Of a stretch of DNA of 64,000 bases, positions 25,922 through 38,237 are shown in pieces. This stretch comes from Harriotta raleighana (taxonomy: Eukaryota). The DNA lies in assembly GCA_050575255.1 (NCBI GenBank), contig JBNZDD010013599.1, forward strand, positions 1,677,053 through 1,741,052, read 5' to 3'. Each line of letters starts with the position of its first letter. Within the stretch, counting starts at the first letter, position 1. The notes under the pieces were generated by a model. That model searched no databases and was not told where the DNA came from. It saw nothing but the letters and a program-made list of their open reading frames with translations. The position numbers and the translations under genes were made by a program.

Positions 25922-28900
25922 AATCCGCTGTAAACCTTAACAGTGGAATCGCACGAGTAGTTGTCATTTGTAACGAATTTCAGAGGACGGGCCTTCAGCA
26001 ATGCCCATTTCCCGCCGGTGAGATACCTGAACAGTCTGATTTAGAGTTTATGAAGATGACAAGTTGGTGAGTGCAGCTGTCGAGTGCGGAGTTGTCAGAT
26101 GAACAGCAAAAAGCCATTAATCCGCAGAGGCTCCCTGAGTGTCTCAGGTACAGGTCACTGCAGAGTAGGGGTGGGTGGGTGGAGGGGGGGGTGCAGTGTG
26201 TTAATGGGGGTAGTTAGCATCCCTCAGTCTCCCATACTGACACACAGCATCCGTTTGCCAAGTGCATGAGAACCCAGGTAAATTCTGCCTATCACAGATC
26301 CGTAGAATGTATCGCTCAAGAACAGGCCATTCGACCCGTTCAGTCCTTGACAAAGTCATTGAATGAATTGCTTGTCGTCAGAAACAAATCGTGAAAGCAA
26401 GGGGGTCTGTCTTGTGTGAGGTTTCTTTATTTCTAAACGAAGGAAACGGGGACACACTTTGCAGTAGAGGGCCGATAGAGCGAAATCCTTTCACTCTCTG
26501 CTGATGTTTTATTCTCCACGATGAGGTGTCTTTCCGTCCTGCAGAGAATTGCAAGCTTTGATTGGAGAGGGTTAGGTGAAGAAAAAAAACTGATAAAAGT
26601 CTTGAGAATAAATGGGCACCCGCCAATCTGAAGGGAAGCATCTTAGACAAATAAGTTGCTTATGCATAGCAATGTATTTGATTGAGCGGACGCCATTGAC
26701 ATAGGAGATAAATCAGGACTTTGGGCTCATAAAACCAAACAGCTTACTGTTACGCAACAAAAACATTCACAAATCTGCGGCGAACATGGGATTGTGTATT
26801 GAAAGGAACATTATTTGAATTGGGATTTAATTTACTCGGCCTCGGTATGTTTTGAAAGGTGATGGACATAAGAGTTAAGTGGACGATGCTGCTAGCAATG
26901 GACCAATTTCATTTCATGGCTTTTTGCAAGAGATACAATTGTCAAACTGTACAGAAGCATGACAGTGTTTTAATTAGAAAAAAAAATGGATTTGGTAGAA
27001 TAGCAGATTGTAGAGCTAATCATATTTCTGGATTGTTCTCTGCTATACCAAAGCTTTTTGGCAGGCCAAAACCTGTTGGCTAAAACCTGCGTTTGATTGA
27101 TTGTTGGCAGTGTTCAGTTCACTGAGAATTTCTATTCAACACATCATAATCTCACCATTGACCTGGTTGAGAGATATCTTGCAGAAGCCTCGAGTTATGT
27201 ATTGAAATGAAGTAGGGTTATCATATAAGATGCATCAACTTGACTTGCCTCTTGTGTGATTGTAAACCATACACAGCACTGTTATCTAAGCAGTCACTGA
27301 TGAATAATGGGGGAAAAAAACCATTCAAATGAAGAGATAAACAGATAAGTGCACAATTAGTCTGAAGTGAGTAACGTTAATCCAACATTTTGCCCTCTTC
27401 CTTCATGCATTATGCATTTTATAAATGAAAGTTAGAAAATAGAAACGATGTAGCCCGCCTCAAATGGGCATTTAAGCTTTCGAATGAGTTTCCCCGAGTT
27501 CTTGCCTGTTTGGGGCTGTGCGCTGTGACTATTTACTGGAAGCTGCTAAACTCGCTTGCCACATGCAGTGCGCACACCAGGAAGTCTGTTTTCAGAAACA
27601 ATGTAAACTGTGTATCATCATATTGGGTAATTAGAGCTTCACAGCTTCTGTTTAATTGATGTCATCGCAAAGTACCCTGCTGTCTGCCGCAGCCAAAATT
27701 TAAATGTGAACTAAATGGGGCTTGTGAACTTCCCTTTCTCCCGACTTTATGCCAACCCCTGTCAACTTCTGTGTGGGTTTCGCTAGAAGCACTGCGGTAT
27801 TTTTTTTTTGAAAAAGCAGCCTGCGTACATCATTCACCATGCTGCATAGTTAACGTTTTCTCGAAGATGGGAGGGTACTAACTGTATATGCAAACAGAAG
27901 AGCCTCTCCTAAGTATAATGCGTTTGGTAGAAAACTAAATACAATACCTTAAAGCAGATAGGTAGTTAGATTCTTAAAGAGTAACAAGCGCTTTGATGTG
28001 TGTAACTAGACTGAGTGGTTGTTATTTAATTACAACCAAACTTCATTGCCCATTTGGGTTTTTCACTGAAGCGCAATGTTATTTGATCAATTCAGAGCTT
28101 CAAAGAGGAGGAAGGAAGTGTAAAACAACATGGTAAGGATAGTGATTTGGTGGGAATGGGGAGGCGCAGTCTGTAACTAAGGGTAGGTTTTCCAAAAAGT
28201 AAACTGTGGGAGGCTGTTAAGTTTTTGAAGCCTAGTTTTGATGAAATATAATTTCTCCAACATAGAATCGGAGACTGAACGCAGTCCAGATGCGCGTTTC
28301 TTTGGAGTTTGGTGAAAAGTAAATAGTCTGCTGCGTGCAACCCCTGTAATTATTTTGTTCCGTTCAGTGATGTTTCCGAGCTTCAAAAGTTTCTGCGCCC
28401 CATTGCTTCGACGTGTCCTTTTATTCGCCGGCGATTGAGTTCGCTTCAGAATCCGCTCTGAATGCGTGGAAATAAGAGCAAAATAGGAAGCGCATAAAAA
28501 GACAACTCCCTTTGCACAGGTGTAGAATCTGATCTCCCTCACTAGAGCTGCCTACTGCAATCCCAGTGACCCAACACTTCTCCTGGACCTATGTATGTAC
28601 AGTAATAATATTTTCCCTCAAGCGTTGAGACAATTCACGTTCAATGCTTTAAGGACTCGGTTGCAACAGATGTTTGAGGTAAGGTATTCCACCAACCTTC
28701 CTCTCGAAGTTTCCTCTCGAATCTAACCCAAGATCTATATTAATCACTTGGGACTTTCAAATTTGCTAGATTTTGTGAGTTGCTGTTCTAAGTATTGCTC
28801 TTTACTTATGCTTCATATTGTTGTTGTGAGCAGTAGAGTTATTACTCTGCTTTTGGTGGAAAGTTTTTTGTTGATTCTAGCTGTGCGCAATCCTTTGGTA

Positions 28901-29484
28901 AATAATTTGTGAGCATCAAGATAATAAACGCACGTGTCTCGACAAGGTTGTTGGTTTTGAACGTCTGTTTGTACATTATGTTAACTCTTTGATTCAAGTG
29001 GGTTTTATTCAGTTTAAAATACATAAAATGAATCCCTCGGGAGGGAAGCAAACTCTGGCAGGTCATAAATATGCTGCATAAAGAGCTCTCCCCTTCTGCC
29101 TACCCCCCTACAAAGCAGTTAACCAGTTTTAAGCTTTGCTTGACACTGTCATTTCAGACATACAGTGAGCACACTTATGAAGGCTGTGTGTGGAGCTGTC
29201 TAGATCACTAGCCTATACATAGAAATGATGACAGATTGATTGATTGGTGATAATGAAGATACTTTTAGGGGTTTCAGAGTTAATGGAATATGACCCACGA
29301 GCATTAAAATCCTTCTCAGAAACAAATCTCCCCACACGTTTGTTTCACATGTTAAGTTGGGTATTATTATTTAGATGTAATTTAGCAGTCAAAGCGTCTG
29401 AAATGTTCTTTTGTAATAGATTAATTTCCAAGTTCATTGTAAAAGTGACGCTTCCACCAACCATGTCGCATTGTTGGGAGTGGA

Positions 29485-29816
29485 ATCCAGTAGCTCGATG
29501 GTTAGGGCACTCGCCTTACAAACGTGAGACCCGTGTTCGAATCCAGGCATGTTAGGGCGAAACCTTGGGCAAGTTTCCTTACTCCACACGCCTATTTATA
29601 ACCCCTCCAAAATTAAACCTCAATAATAAAAATTGGTCATTTCAAACCATGACTGTTTGTGGGACGCTGCTGTGCACAATTGGCTGCTGCGTTTCGCCCA
29701 CAAGTATACAGTCAATTCACTGTATACAGTACAGTATATTCTGTGAAACGCTTTGAGACGTCTAGAAGACGTGAAAAGCGCTATATCAAATGCAAGGTTT
29801 CTTATTAGTATTATTA
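29485..29816 (+). mobile_element. tRNA-derived SINE, full length
   Basis: gtagctcgatggttagggcactcgccttacaaacgtgagacccgtgttcgaatccaggc...gagacgtctagaagacgtgaaaagcgctatatcaaatgcaagg. Confidence 0.92.
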
Positions 29817-31169
29817 CTCTTGTCTTGGGAGAAAAGCACATGTTCTACAGTGGCATCCTAGTTCCCTTCCTCACTTTGGGAATGCAAACAAGGAAGTTCA
29901 TGGTTTGTTTGTGTCTGGATTATTGCGTGCACTTATGGACTACCATCCAGGAGAATGTTGAGCACTTTCGTTCGCCAACTGGATCATTTGAAGCTTGTGT
30001 ACCTTCCAGTTCTTGCTGTGATATATTTATTTGGCGAGTTGGTAATATCAGCATACACAGCGTACACTGTGTTTAATTCAGCCAGGGAGGCTTAAAGCAT
30101 AAAAAGGATAAGAACAAGCAAAAAAAAACCTCCTAGCACTCTAGTGCAGCTATACAGCAAATCTAAACNACACTTTCGTTCGCCAACTGGATCATTTGAA
30201 GCTTGTGCACCTTCCAGTTCTTGCTGTGATATATTTATTTGGCGAGTTGGTAATATCAGCGTACACAGCGAGCGCCTGTGTTTAATTCAGCCAGGGAGGC
30301 TTAAAGCATAAAAAGGATAAGAACGAGCAAAAAAAAACCTCCTAGCACTCTAGTGCAGCTATACAGCAAATCTAAACCACCAACAATTTTCCTGCCAATT
30401 TTAAGGCCCGCTTAAGTGATGCTGGCGACACCATCGACTGCCTTAAAAGACCTCAACTGCTCATTTCAGCAATCCTGCTCATGTTTTTCGCTCCCTTCCC
30501 CCCCCCACACACCTGCTCCCGCCCCCACCCCCGATCACCTCCCCTCCCCACCATCGCCTGCCATGCGTTGGTGATGTCTCAGCCCCCTTTTCCTGCCGTG
30601 TCTGTCCTGTGTGGCCGAGTCATGTTTCTCATCAGCCACTTCCCAGCACTCACACTGAGCTGTGCTGTTTGTATCTGTGCGGACGTTCCTTACATACTGC
30701 AAATTAAGATGTTGGGATGCTTTGTCTGATAATTCTTTTTTTGACATCTTAGCTGCAGCTGCCTAGGTATTCTGTTCTTACTCTTGGGACTTTTATAGAC
30801 AGGAATTTGTCTGAACAAGTGTTCTAACGCTCGGTAGAGTTAGAACACTTAACACGAGGTTTATCACACAAATTAACACAAGGTTTATCACATTGAGGTA
30901 ACGTCCAACACCATTATCAACTGCAATATCCATGAACCAGGGCTTCAGGCCTCTCACTCATGCCTTTGACTTGCGGTTAGTGGGATAGCAGCTACTCTTG
31001 TGTTTCTAGTAAGATGCACACATCTACAGGAAATCAAAATCCCAAGTGTCGGAGGGGGAGGTGGAGGGTTCCGTCTCCACGAGCTCTCTGTGGAATTTAA
31101 CCCCATTTTTGCCTTCCGAGTGTGTGAATTTCTAAAGCTTGATGAAGTGTCTTCTTGGAGAAACGGCCG

Positions 31170-31335
31170 ATACTTTCACGTCTAGGGATCTGAGTTTCAA
31201 TCTAGCCATGGGATGACTGCAACGTCTCTCTTATTCACTTTAAATGACCTGTAGCAAATTGAGTTTGCGCAGTCGTAACCTAGATCTTAGACCTTGTGTG
31301 CCTACAGCAAAGTTGTTTGCGCGAAATTGGCAATC
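31170..31335 (+). mobile_element. LF-SINE-like ancient SINE relic
   Basis: ctttcacgtctaggg..ttcaatctagcc..gacctgtagcaaattgagttt..aattggca follows the order of recalled LF-SINE motifs (CCTTTCACCTCTAGG, TTCAAATCCAGCC, GGCCTATGTGAAATGAGTT, AATTGGCA). Confidence 0.45.
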
Positions 31336-32154
31336 AGAAGAGTGGAGTTAAAAAGCTACATATCTGGGTTGTGACACTGTAATAGTACAGTAACATGTTT
31401 TCGTTATGAAACACGCTCACTTTTAACATCAGAAGTATTACTTGTCAGATTAATTTACAGCAACAACAACACCTTGCTCTTAGATAGCACTCTCGATTCA
31501 GAGGAGCGTCTCAGAGCACTTAACGTAATCACGGATTTCTATTTATCGAATCAGTAGACGGGAAGTTGCAGTTTTTAATGTAACAAAAAATTATTGATCA
31601 AGCTGTCAGATTTACTGATGAATGAAATCCCTACTGTCTAAATGTTTTTGCTTCTGCTGTAGTAATTCTTCGACCCTTCAGTCTTGAGTGGAATTTGAGG
31701 GAGAATAATCTACAACAAAGGCTTTCTTCGACTGTAACGAGTTGTGATTTACAAGTCGTCGCCTTGTAATGTACATGTGCTGATTTGTGCAAAAGTTCAG
31801 AATTTTGGTGCTGTTAAACGCGATACTCCCAGGTATCGTAAACAAAGGAAGTGTTGAGTCCACATTTTTATTGAATCTCTTATCAGCACTGAGACCATGT
31901 GATTTGCTGTTCAAGTGTTTGCCTTTTTCAGTAGTTAAACTAGATTATTTATCTGTCAATGAACTCGAATCCTGAAGGGCATATCTATCACTGTTATTAT
32001 TTTCATAAATCAGTTTGTGGATTAATGCTGTAGGCACAGATTTGTGTACATATAAGCGAGGCTAGTGATAGAATATACAGATGCAGAATATACAGTAGGG
32101 TAAATCTGCTGGGGGATAGTCTGCTGTTAATCACTGCCCAGACTCGTATGTGAA

Positions 32155-32312
32155 CAATAATAATAATTATTATAATACTTGGCATTTGATATAGCGCCTT
32201 TCATGTCTTATCGACCTCTCAAAGCGCTTCACAGAACATACTGTAGAGTAAATTGACGTCAAGAAGATGTGAAAAGCGCTATATCAAATGTAAGGATTAT
32301 TATTATTATTAC
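32155..32312. mobile_element. Two SINE 3' tails fused in inverted orientation
   Basis: Minus-strand tail at about 32155-32257 is directly followed by a plus-strand tail (gacgtcaagaagatgtgaaaagcgctatatcaaatgtaaggattattatt) ending about 32312. Confidence 0.85.
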
Positions 32313-32325
32313 TTTTATTATGATA

Positions 32326-32396
32326 GGCCTTGGGACGTCCTCCTGACGTGAAACGCGCTCTATAAGTGTAATTTTGTTGTTGTTGTTGTTGTTGTT
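32326..32396 (+). mobile_element. L2-type 3' terminus with (TTG)n tail
   Basis: gccttgggacgtcctcctgacgtgaaacgcgctctataagtgtaatt(ttg)n; near copy at 11875-11941. Confidence 0.65.
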
Positions 32397-32460
32397 TCTA
32401 TGTGACAGAATTTTAATTTATGTTTCTTCAAACGATGCGTTTTACCTTCCAAATTGTCCC

Positions 32461-32600
32461 CCGACTCTTCATCAGAACAGGTCCGAACGGAATCCTTCTG
32501 ACGAAGGGTCGGGCACCCGAAACGTTGAATCACTTTCCTCTCTCCGTAGATGCTGCCTGACCTGCTGAGTGTGCCCAGCGATTTCTGACTTTTGTTTCTG
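32461..32600 (+). mobile_element. Penelope-like element terminal repeat with a minimal hammerhead ribozyme core
   Basis: CTGACGA (32498-32504), A, stem GGGT-cgggc-ACCC, GAAAC (32519-32523), GTT. This is followed by ctctctccgtagatgctgcctgacctgctgagtg..ccagc..ttctg, which I recall as a common chondrichthyan Penelope-associated repeat. An inverted partial copy lies at 32461-32477. Confidence 0.7.
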
Positions 32601-34039
32601 TTGCTTTATAAGTCTGTTGCTAATGGGACGAACAAACTCTTTATGAAACCCAGCGAAAGCACTGTAACTGAGGATCTTTTTCCTCCTGTGATTGCACATC
32701 AGCTTGTCATGAGGAAGGAGATGAATAGGAGGTGGGACACACAACCACAAGAGTCTCGGAGGGTGATGGTGGGGGGGGAGGTGGGTATTGGGAAGGGGCG
32801 AGCCTATATCCAAAGCAGAGGCTCTATAGGACCAGAATGTCATATCTGGGGCTGATGAAGGGGTAATATTATAGGGAGTTTGATACTCTCCAGGGAAGTA
32901 ATTACTGAACTGTGGCAAATGGTAGCAAAGGAACGGAGGTTCTCCTCTGTGACTAGAATGGTTTTGCCTATGGCTGTGAAGGTCACAGCTGCTGTGAATG
33001 TTTTTGGCGCTGTATCATTCCAATTACCTGGAGGGCATGTCTAAGGCATGAGCTGGGAAAGTGTGTCTACCTGCATTTAAGACATGACTGATGCATGATT
33101 CTGCAGCAGTCGTTTTATTTATTTCCACACAGTGTTGTAGAAAAACCATCACAGAGCCAGAAATGGTTTTTCCACTGTTGTTGCTTGTCTTTCCGTCTCG
33201 GGCACCGATAACAACACCCAGGTGGAGATTGGGACATGGTCTGACATCAACCTCAAAGGCTCTCGCTCTGTAAAGTACAGATGGCCACCGATGTCCAATG
33301 ATGGATCCTTTATGTCCATTTGAAAGCCCTAGGATTAACACACAATCCTATTGCCCTTTAGACACTTCTCTTTAGTTGAATTTTACTCTCCCTTCTGAAG
33401 GTTTTATAAATAACTGTAGTTTTGGAAAATGTGAGTGGCTGTTTCAAAGATACACAACAAGAAAAGTTGACTTCTTTAGCTGAACATCCGGTGACGTAAT
33501 TTGTTAAGATGCCTTCCTTTTCCGATGCATTTAAACTATGGGAGAAAGCATCACTGTAGATATTTTTTAAATGTTTCCTCTGTGCTTCACATGGGATTGC
33601 TTTGGTGCTTACAGCAAAAATGATGGCCTCCAGGACTGTGGAATGATACAGCTCCCAAAACATTCACAGCGCAGAGAATTGACCTTTGTTTAGTCTTTCG
33701 GATTAACACAAGCACAGAACAACGTTTGAATGTTACAAACGAAGGACAATTTCCATTGGAAAAAAAAATTCAGTTTAACGTTGCGTTTCTGATGGGGATT
33801 CATTGTTAAGGAACTGGTCAACTGGCTTGGGGTGTGAGAGGCCTTAAAGTTCCTGGTTTAGATGGTTATTGGCAGGCTATATAAAAAGGCTGTCATCATA
33901 TGGTCATGTTGGGTGAATAGTTTTACTGCCTAGTATAATGGACCAATTCTGCAGTAAGGTTCATTGCCTTTATAACAGGAAGATGTACCTTGCTCCAACA
34001 TACCCAGGAGAAGATCCATTGCTGATTACTGATCGTATG

Positions 34040-34120
34040 ACGGGTCATATAGAATCGGTGACAGAGTGGGTGCTCAAGAGAAACAGACTTGCTGGGCTAA
34101 GTAGCCTTCTTTCCTGCCAT
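34040..34120 (+). mobile_element. Probable CR1 LINE 3' end relic
   Basis: cagacttgctgggctaagtagccttctttcctgc resembles the CR1 terminus; an opposite-strand analogue is at 26290-26345 (aggccattcgaccc). Confidence 0.5.
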
Positions 34121-34920
34121 CTGTTTGTATTTTTTTCAAATAAAGGTTTATTTTGCAATTGTTCTTGTGTTTGCCTGGCTAACCCTCCCATCAGCAAGCT
34201 TAAATACCTGAGCGACACCTCCCACGAGCTCTCCTTTCTTGCCCCAGACTATCTGTCTGTCTTGGGGAAGGTTGCCCTCTAGGGGAAAGGCTAACATGGA
34301 TATTCATGCGTTGGATTTTAATAAGCATCTCCAATGATGAAAGTTTGAAGTTCAAACATCCTAGGTACGAGTTCACAGTGAACTTTGTATTTGTAAACTA
34401 AAATTCCAGTTGTTAAGAATCTCTTTCCTTCTTCCCCCATCTGATGTCATTGTTCATAACTTTTGAGTGTGGCAGTGCTTCCCATCGCTGTACAGGAAAG
34501 GATATAATGAGTTTACATTCAGTCTCGTGCATTTACTGTGCTGTTGAGGTGTTGTTTGCCTCCTTCTTAATTGATTGTGATAGATATGAAGTGGGGTGAA
34601 GTGAGCAAAGTGTCAAGATGGAGGCAAGTTGCTGCAGTTGCAGGAAAAAATGGAATCGGGCAGGAATAAAGGAGAGATTACATTTGATCCTTGAGTTCTC
34701 TGGTGAAACCCATGGAAACGCCACTCTCCGTATCTTTCTCAAAGTTTCCAGCTCTTGGAAAGTGGTTGCCCACTAAACTGATGGAAATGCTGTACGGGAG
34801 TATCTTGCTTGTAGAGTAGTGGAAATAATTTATTTGCATTTTGAACAGAGGCAGGGGGTAAGAATGGTAGTTCAGAAAGGAGCTACAAGATTATGAGGAA
34901 TCGTCCTCTTCATTTATGAC

Positions 34921-35118
34921 CAACGACAACAATTTATATTTGTTTAGCGCTTTTCTTATCAGAAGGACGCCCCCAAAGAGCTAGACAGTCAGGGATCTGC
35001 ATCCATCCGAGCTGGTGGTTTGGATCAGGTGGGGTAGAGAGTGGGGAGAGGGTGGGGTAGGAGGGTGACTGAAGCACGGTGGAAGAGGAAGGTCTTGAGA
35101 TGGGTCTTGAAGGAGGCA
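34921..35118 (-). mobile_element. L2 LINE 3' end fragment
   Basis: (CAA)n-like tail, atttgtttagcgcttttc..ggacgcccccaaagagct, then gaagaggaaggtcttgagatgggtcttgaagg (reverse of the L2 'FKTHLKT.LF' end region). Confidence 0.65.
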
Positions 35119-38100
35119 ATAAGCAGAAATGATTATTAGATGACCTGACTTGTGTTCACTGTAGCATTGTAGATCTTGGATCCATGATCTAGACCCTCAA
35201 TATCTCGACTGCTACCAATAGTAGAGTGATTTGAATGTACGAATGGGATTCCCATTCGTAGGATCAAGGATTCTTGTCAAGGATTCAGGTAAACTAGTTT
35301 TAATGTTCTAAAAGAGTCAGTCCAATGGATGACGAAGAACTTTCAAGGGATACTTTTTTGACTCAGTAGCTGAATCGATTTGCACGGCTTGCAATCATGT
35401 GAGGAGTCATGGTAAAGCCCAAATCTTCTTCTCAAGGTGGTCTCACTTGCCAGCCTCCAACACAAATCACTTTTTTTTTAATGGATTTTCTTGTGTGCAC
35501 TTTTGCTGCTTAAAACCCAGTATTTTCCCGACAATAAAAAAAACTGCACACAGCCTAGACGTAGCTGGAACCAGGAATACACAGGTTCTAAAACTAAAGT
35601 GAGGTGAGAGGTTAGAAGATGTTATATTTCCGCCCAGAACAGGGAATTTGAAATAAATGCAGTGTCTGGCTGGTTGGGACAGGGTTGAAAATTGTGCGAA
35701 TGAACAGGTGTGTTGTGCACAAGGTGACGTGACAGGTGTGGAAATATCCTTGTGCGTTTGAAATTCACAGGGAACTCCACTGAAGCCCGCGTTGAAGCAG
35801 GCCTTCAATGATGGTGAGTGACTGAGACCAAGAATGCCTGACATTCTGTTGCAACTCTTAATCTCCGCCACCTTTATTAAACTATGAATATGTGGTGAGG
35901 AATACTCTGGTCAAGCATACGCTACTTGTGCGTCTGTAGTAGTGAGATGTGGAGTCATGGGTTGGAGCATTTGCAAAGTAAAGAGAACCACTACGTTGGA
36001 CTCAGCGCCTCCTCTGAGGGCTGCTCCCTGTCTTTAACTATCGCCCTGGTGGCCTGATCCCAGCATGAGCGAGCCTTTGGAGGGGTCGTGCTCCTCAACA
36101 GTTGAATCTTTCCGCACGCCCAGCCTTTCCTGCCATGCTTCCCGGTTTCACTGAGAAGCTGTAAGCATGGTGTGACTTGTTTCTCGCCTTCACAAGTCTA
36201 CGGGCGATGGCACCCTGCAGTTAATAGCTTCAAATTCATCCCCTTTCGGAATATGTTGGCGTAAATTTATAGGGATCTTTGGTGGCCAGGAGCCATGGTG
36301 CCACAGTGCAATTTCAAGAGCTTGTGAAGTAGATTAGTGGGCCTTTCAAGTGAGAATTGCATTGGGAATTTTGTTAGCGGGAATCTACTTGCCACTGTGT
36401 GCATTTCCTGTAAATTCGCACCCATTGGCAGGCCGGTTGCTGGTGTCCGCAGAAGTGGAAAATGTAAATTGAGTTTACTATCACAGCAGGCCGGCGGTGG
36501 GAATAACTCGATTGGTGAAAGGAGGGCTCGGACTGAGCAAAGCATGTTTAGAAATTTCATTACAAGGAGGCATACAACCCTGTTTTACACCACAACATGA
36601 GGTTCAGCATCAAAGTAGTTCGACTTTGAAAAACAGTGAACAAACCTGTGCTCCACAGGAGGAACTCATCTCTAATCGCGGATTATTCAGTGAACTTCCG
36701 CTGGCTTCAATCCTAAACAGAACGTAATGATGTTTTGACTGGAATGTAAGAACGTTGTCTCAGTCCATACGAAAGGCTAAACGTATAAAAAATGTAGATA
36801 GGCAAACTTGGTGAATAATTTAATAGAAACTATTTTGTGTGAAGCTTGGTGTTTTGATTATATGGTGTGAATTGTTGGGCATTGTAGAAAACAAAATACA
36901 GGTACATACTTTACTAAAGGTAAGTAGTTGACTCCATAAGTTCTCTAGTACAATGATTATTTTTCTGCCTTGTTGCTCTGCTTCATACATAATAATACAG
37001 TTTGCTCCACGCTGGAATATACAATGCTTATGAGTTGTTGCGGAGTTGATTTGCAGCTTGAGTGAATTCATGTTTTGTGAGCAACGTCACCTTGGCGAGG
37101 CAAGCTTTGGTCAAGGGCATCCTGCTTACTCTCCCTATTGTTGTGGTTTATCCTTGTTTACTGTATCCCGCTTTGAATGTGATGCCTCGTGAATGGTATA
37201 AAACCTTCTCTCAGCTGTCCCAGTGATCCCTCTGTGGATCGTAATTGTCATGGGGGCACAAGATGAGAGCCTTAGGTTGGTCCGCCTCCATTAGTTTCGG
37301 TGGCAGCTTTACAACAGAGAAGGAATTAATCTCCTTCTAAACCATACACCAGTCTACACAGGGGGCTGACTGGAGTGTTTTTGCACTGATATGCTGCAAT
37401 ATCTCTGTGCTATGGAAAAAGTAATGACAGCGCAGAGCTTTGGGACCCCTGAAAGCTGAACATCCATGAAACAAGTTTAAAGGGATTGCTATTGCTAAAA
37501 GAAAAAGATAAATTAACGAACGGCAGAGAACAGGCAGTTGCTTTCGAATCATCTCCTCAGTTGTGAGCTTCTTCACACCTCAGAAGGTAGCTAGGAACTA
37601 AGGGAGTGTGACTGATGGGCAGCAGATTTGCAGGCAATGCGACAACAGTCTTGTCTGGCTCGGAGACATTTGGTCACTCAGTCCTGGCACTTAGGGAAAC
37701 CCAAGTGCATTCTCAAAACAAGCTCTTTGTTAATGGACTTGGCTGATTATTCATTGCCGAGGGCAGAGGTTAGACTATTAGGCGTTTATCTGTACACATT
37801 AAGTTGTTATAGATGTAGCATTGCCTTATATTCTTCCTGCGATGGGATATTGCAAAACAAACAAAAACACTTTTTGGGGGGAAAACTGTTAGGTCATTGT
37901 TAATAAAGCTGATTGCTAAAACCAGTCCATCCCCAACGCTTTGAAACATTAATAGGCATTTAGACTTTTTGATGGATTGCTAATTATGAGGGTAAGTAGA
38001 TGGGTAGTTATCAGTACACTATCAAGCCTGCAGTTTATTTTTGATAATTATTTTCATCCTGCTTTTGGTGCGTGTGGAAATGCGTATGATTTATTAATCA

Positions 38101-38237
38101 ATGATGTTGTGTGAGCATAACCTAGTGTTTGGAGGAGAATTTAATGCCCTCGGTAAGGCTGTTCCAGAGTGAGTGAGGGTGAATTGCAATTAGTTTTAGA
38201 CGGCTAATGATTCTCTTGTCTCTCTTATTTTCTTCAG

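Noticed and set aside
1-38237. miR-203 or KIF26A exons 1-2
   Set aside because: I did not see the mature miR-203 sequence (GTGAAATGTTTAGGACCAC) or an exon-2-like WC..C...L..LKRQA peptide. This was a by-eye search and could miss something.
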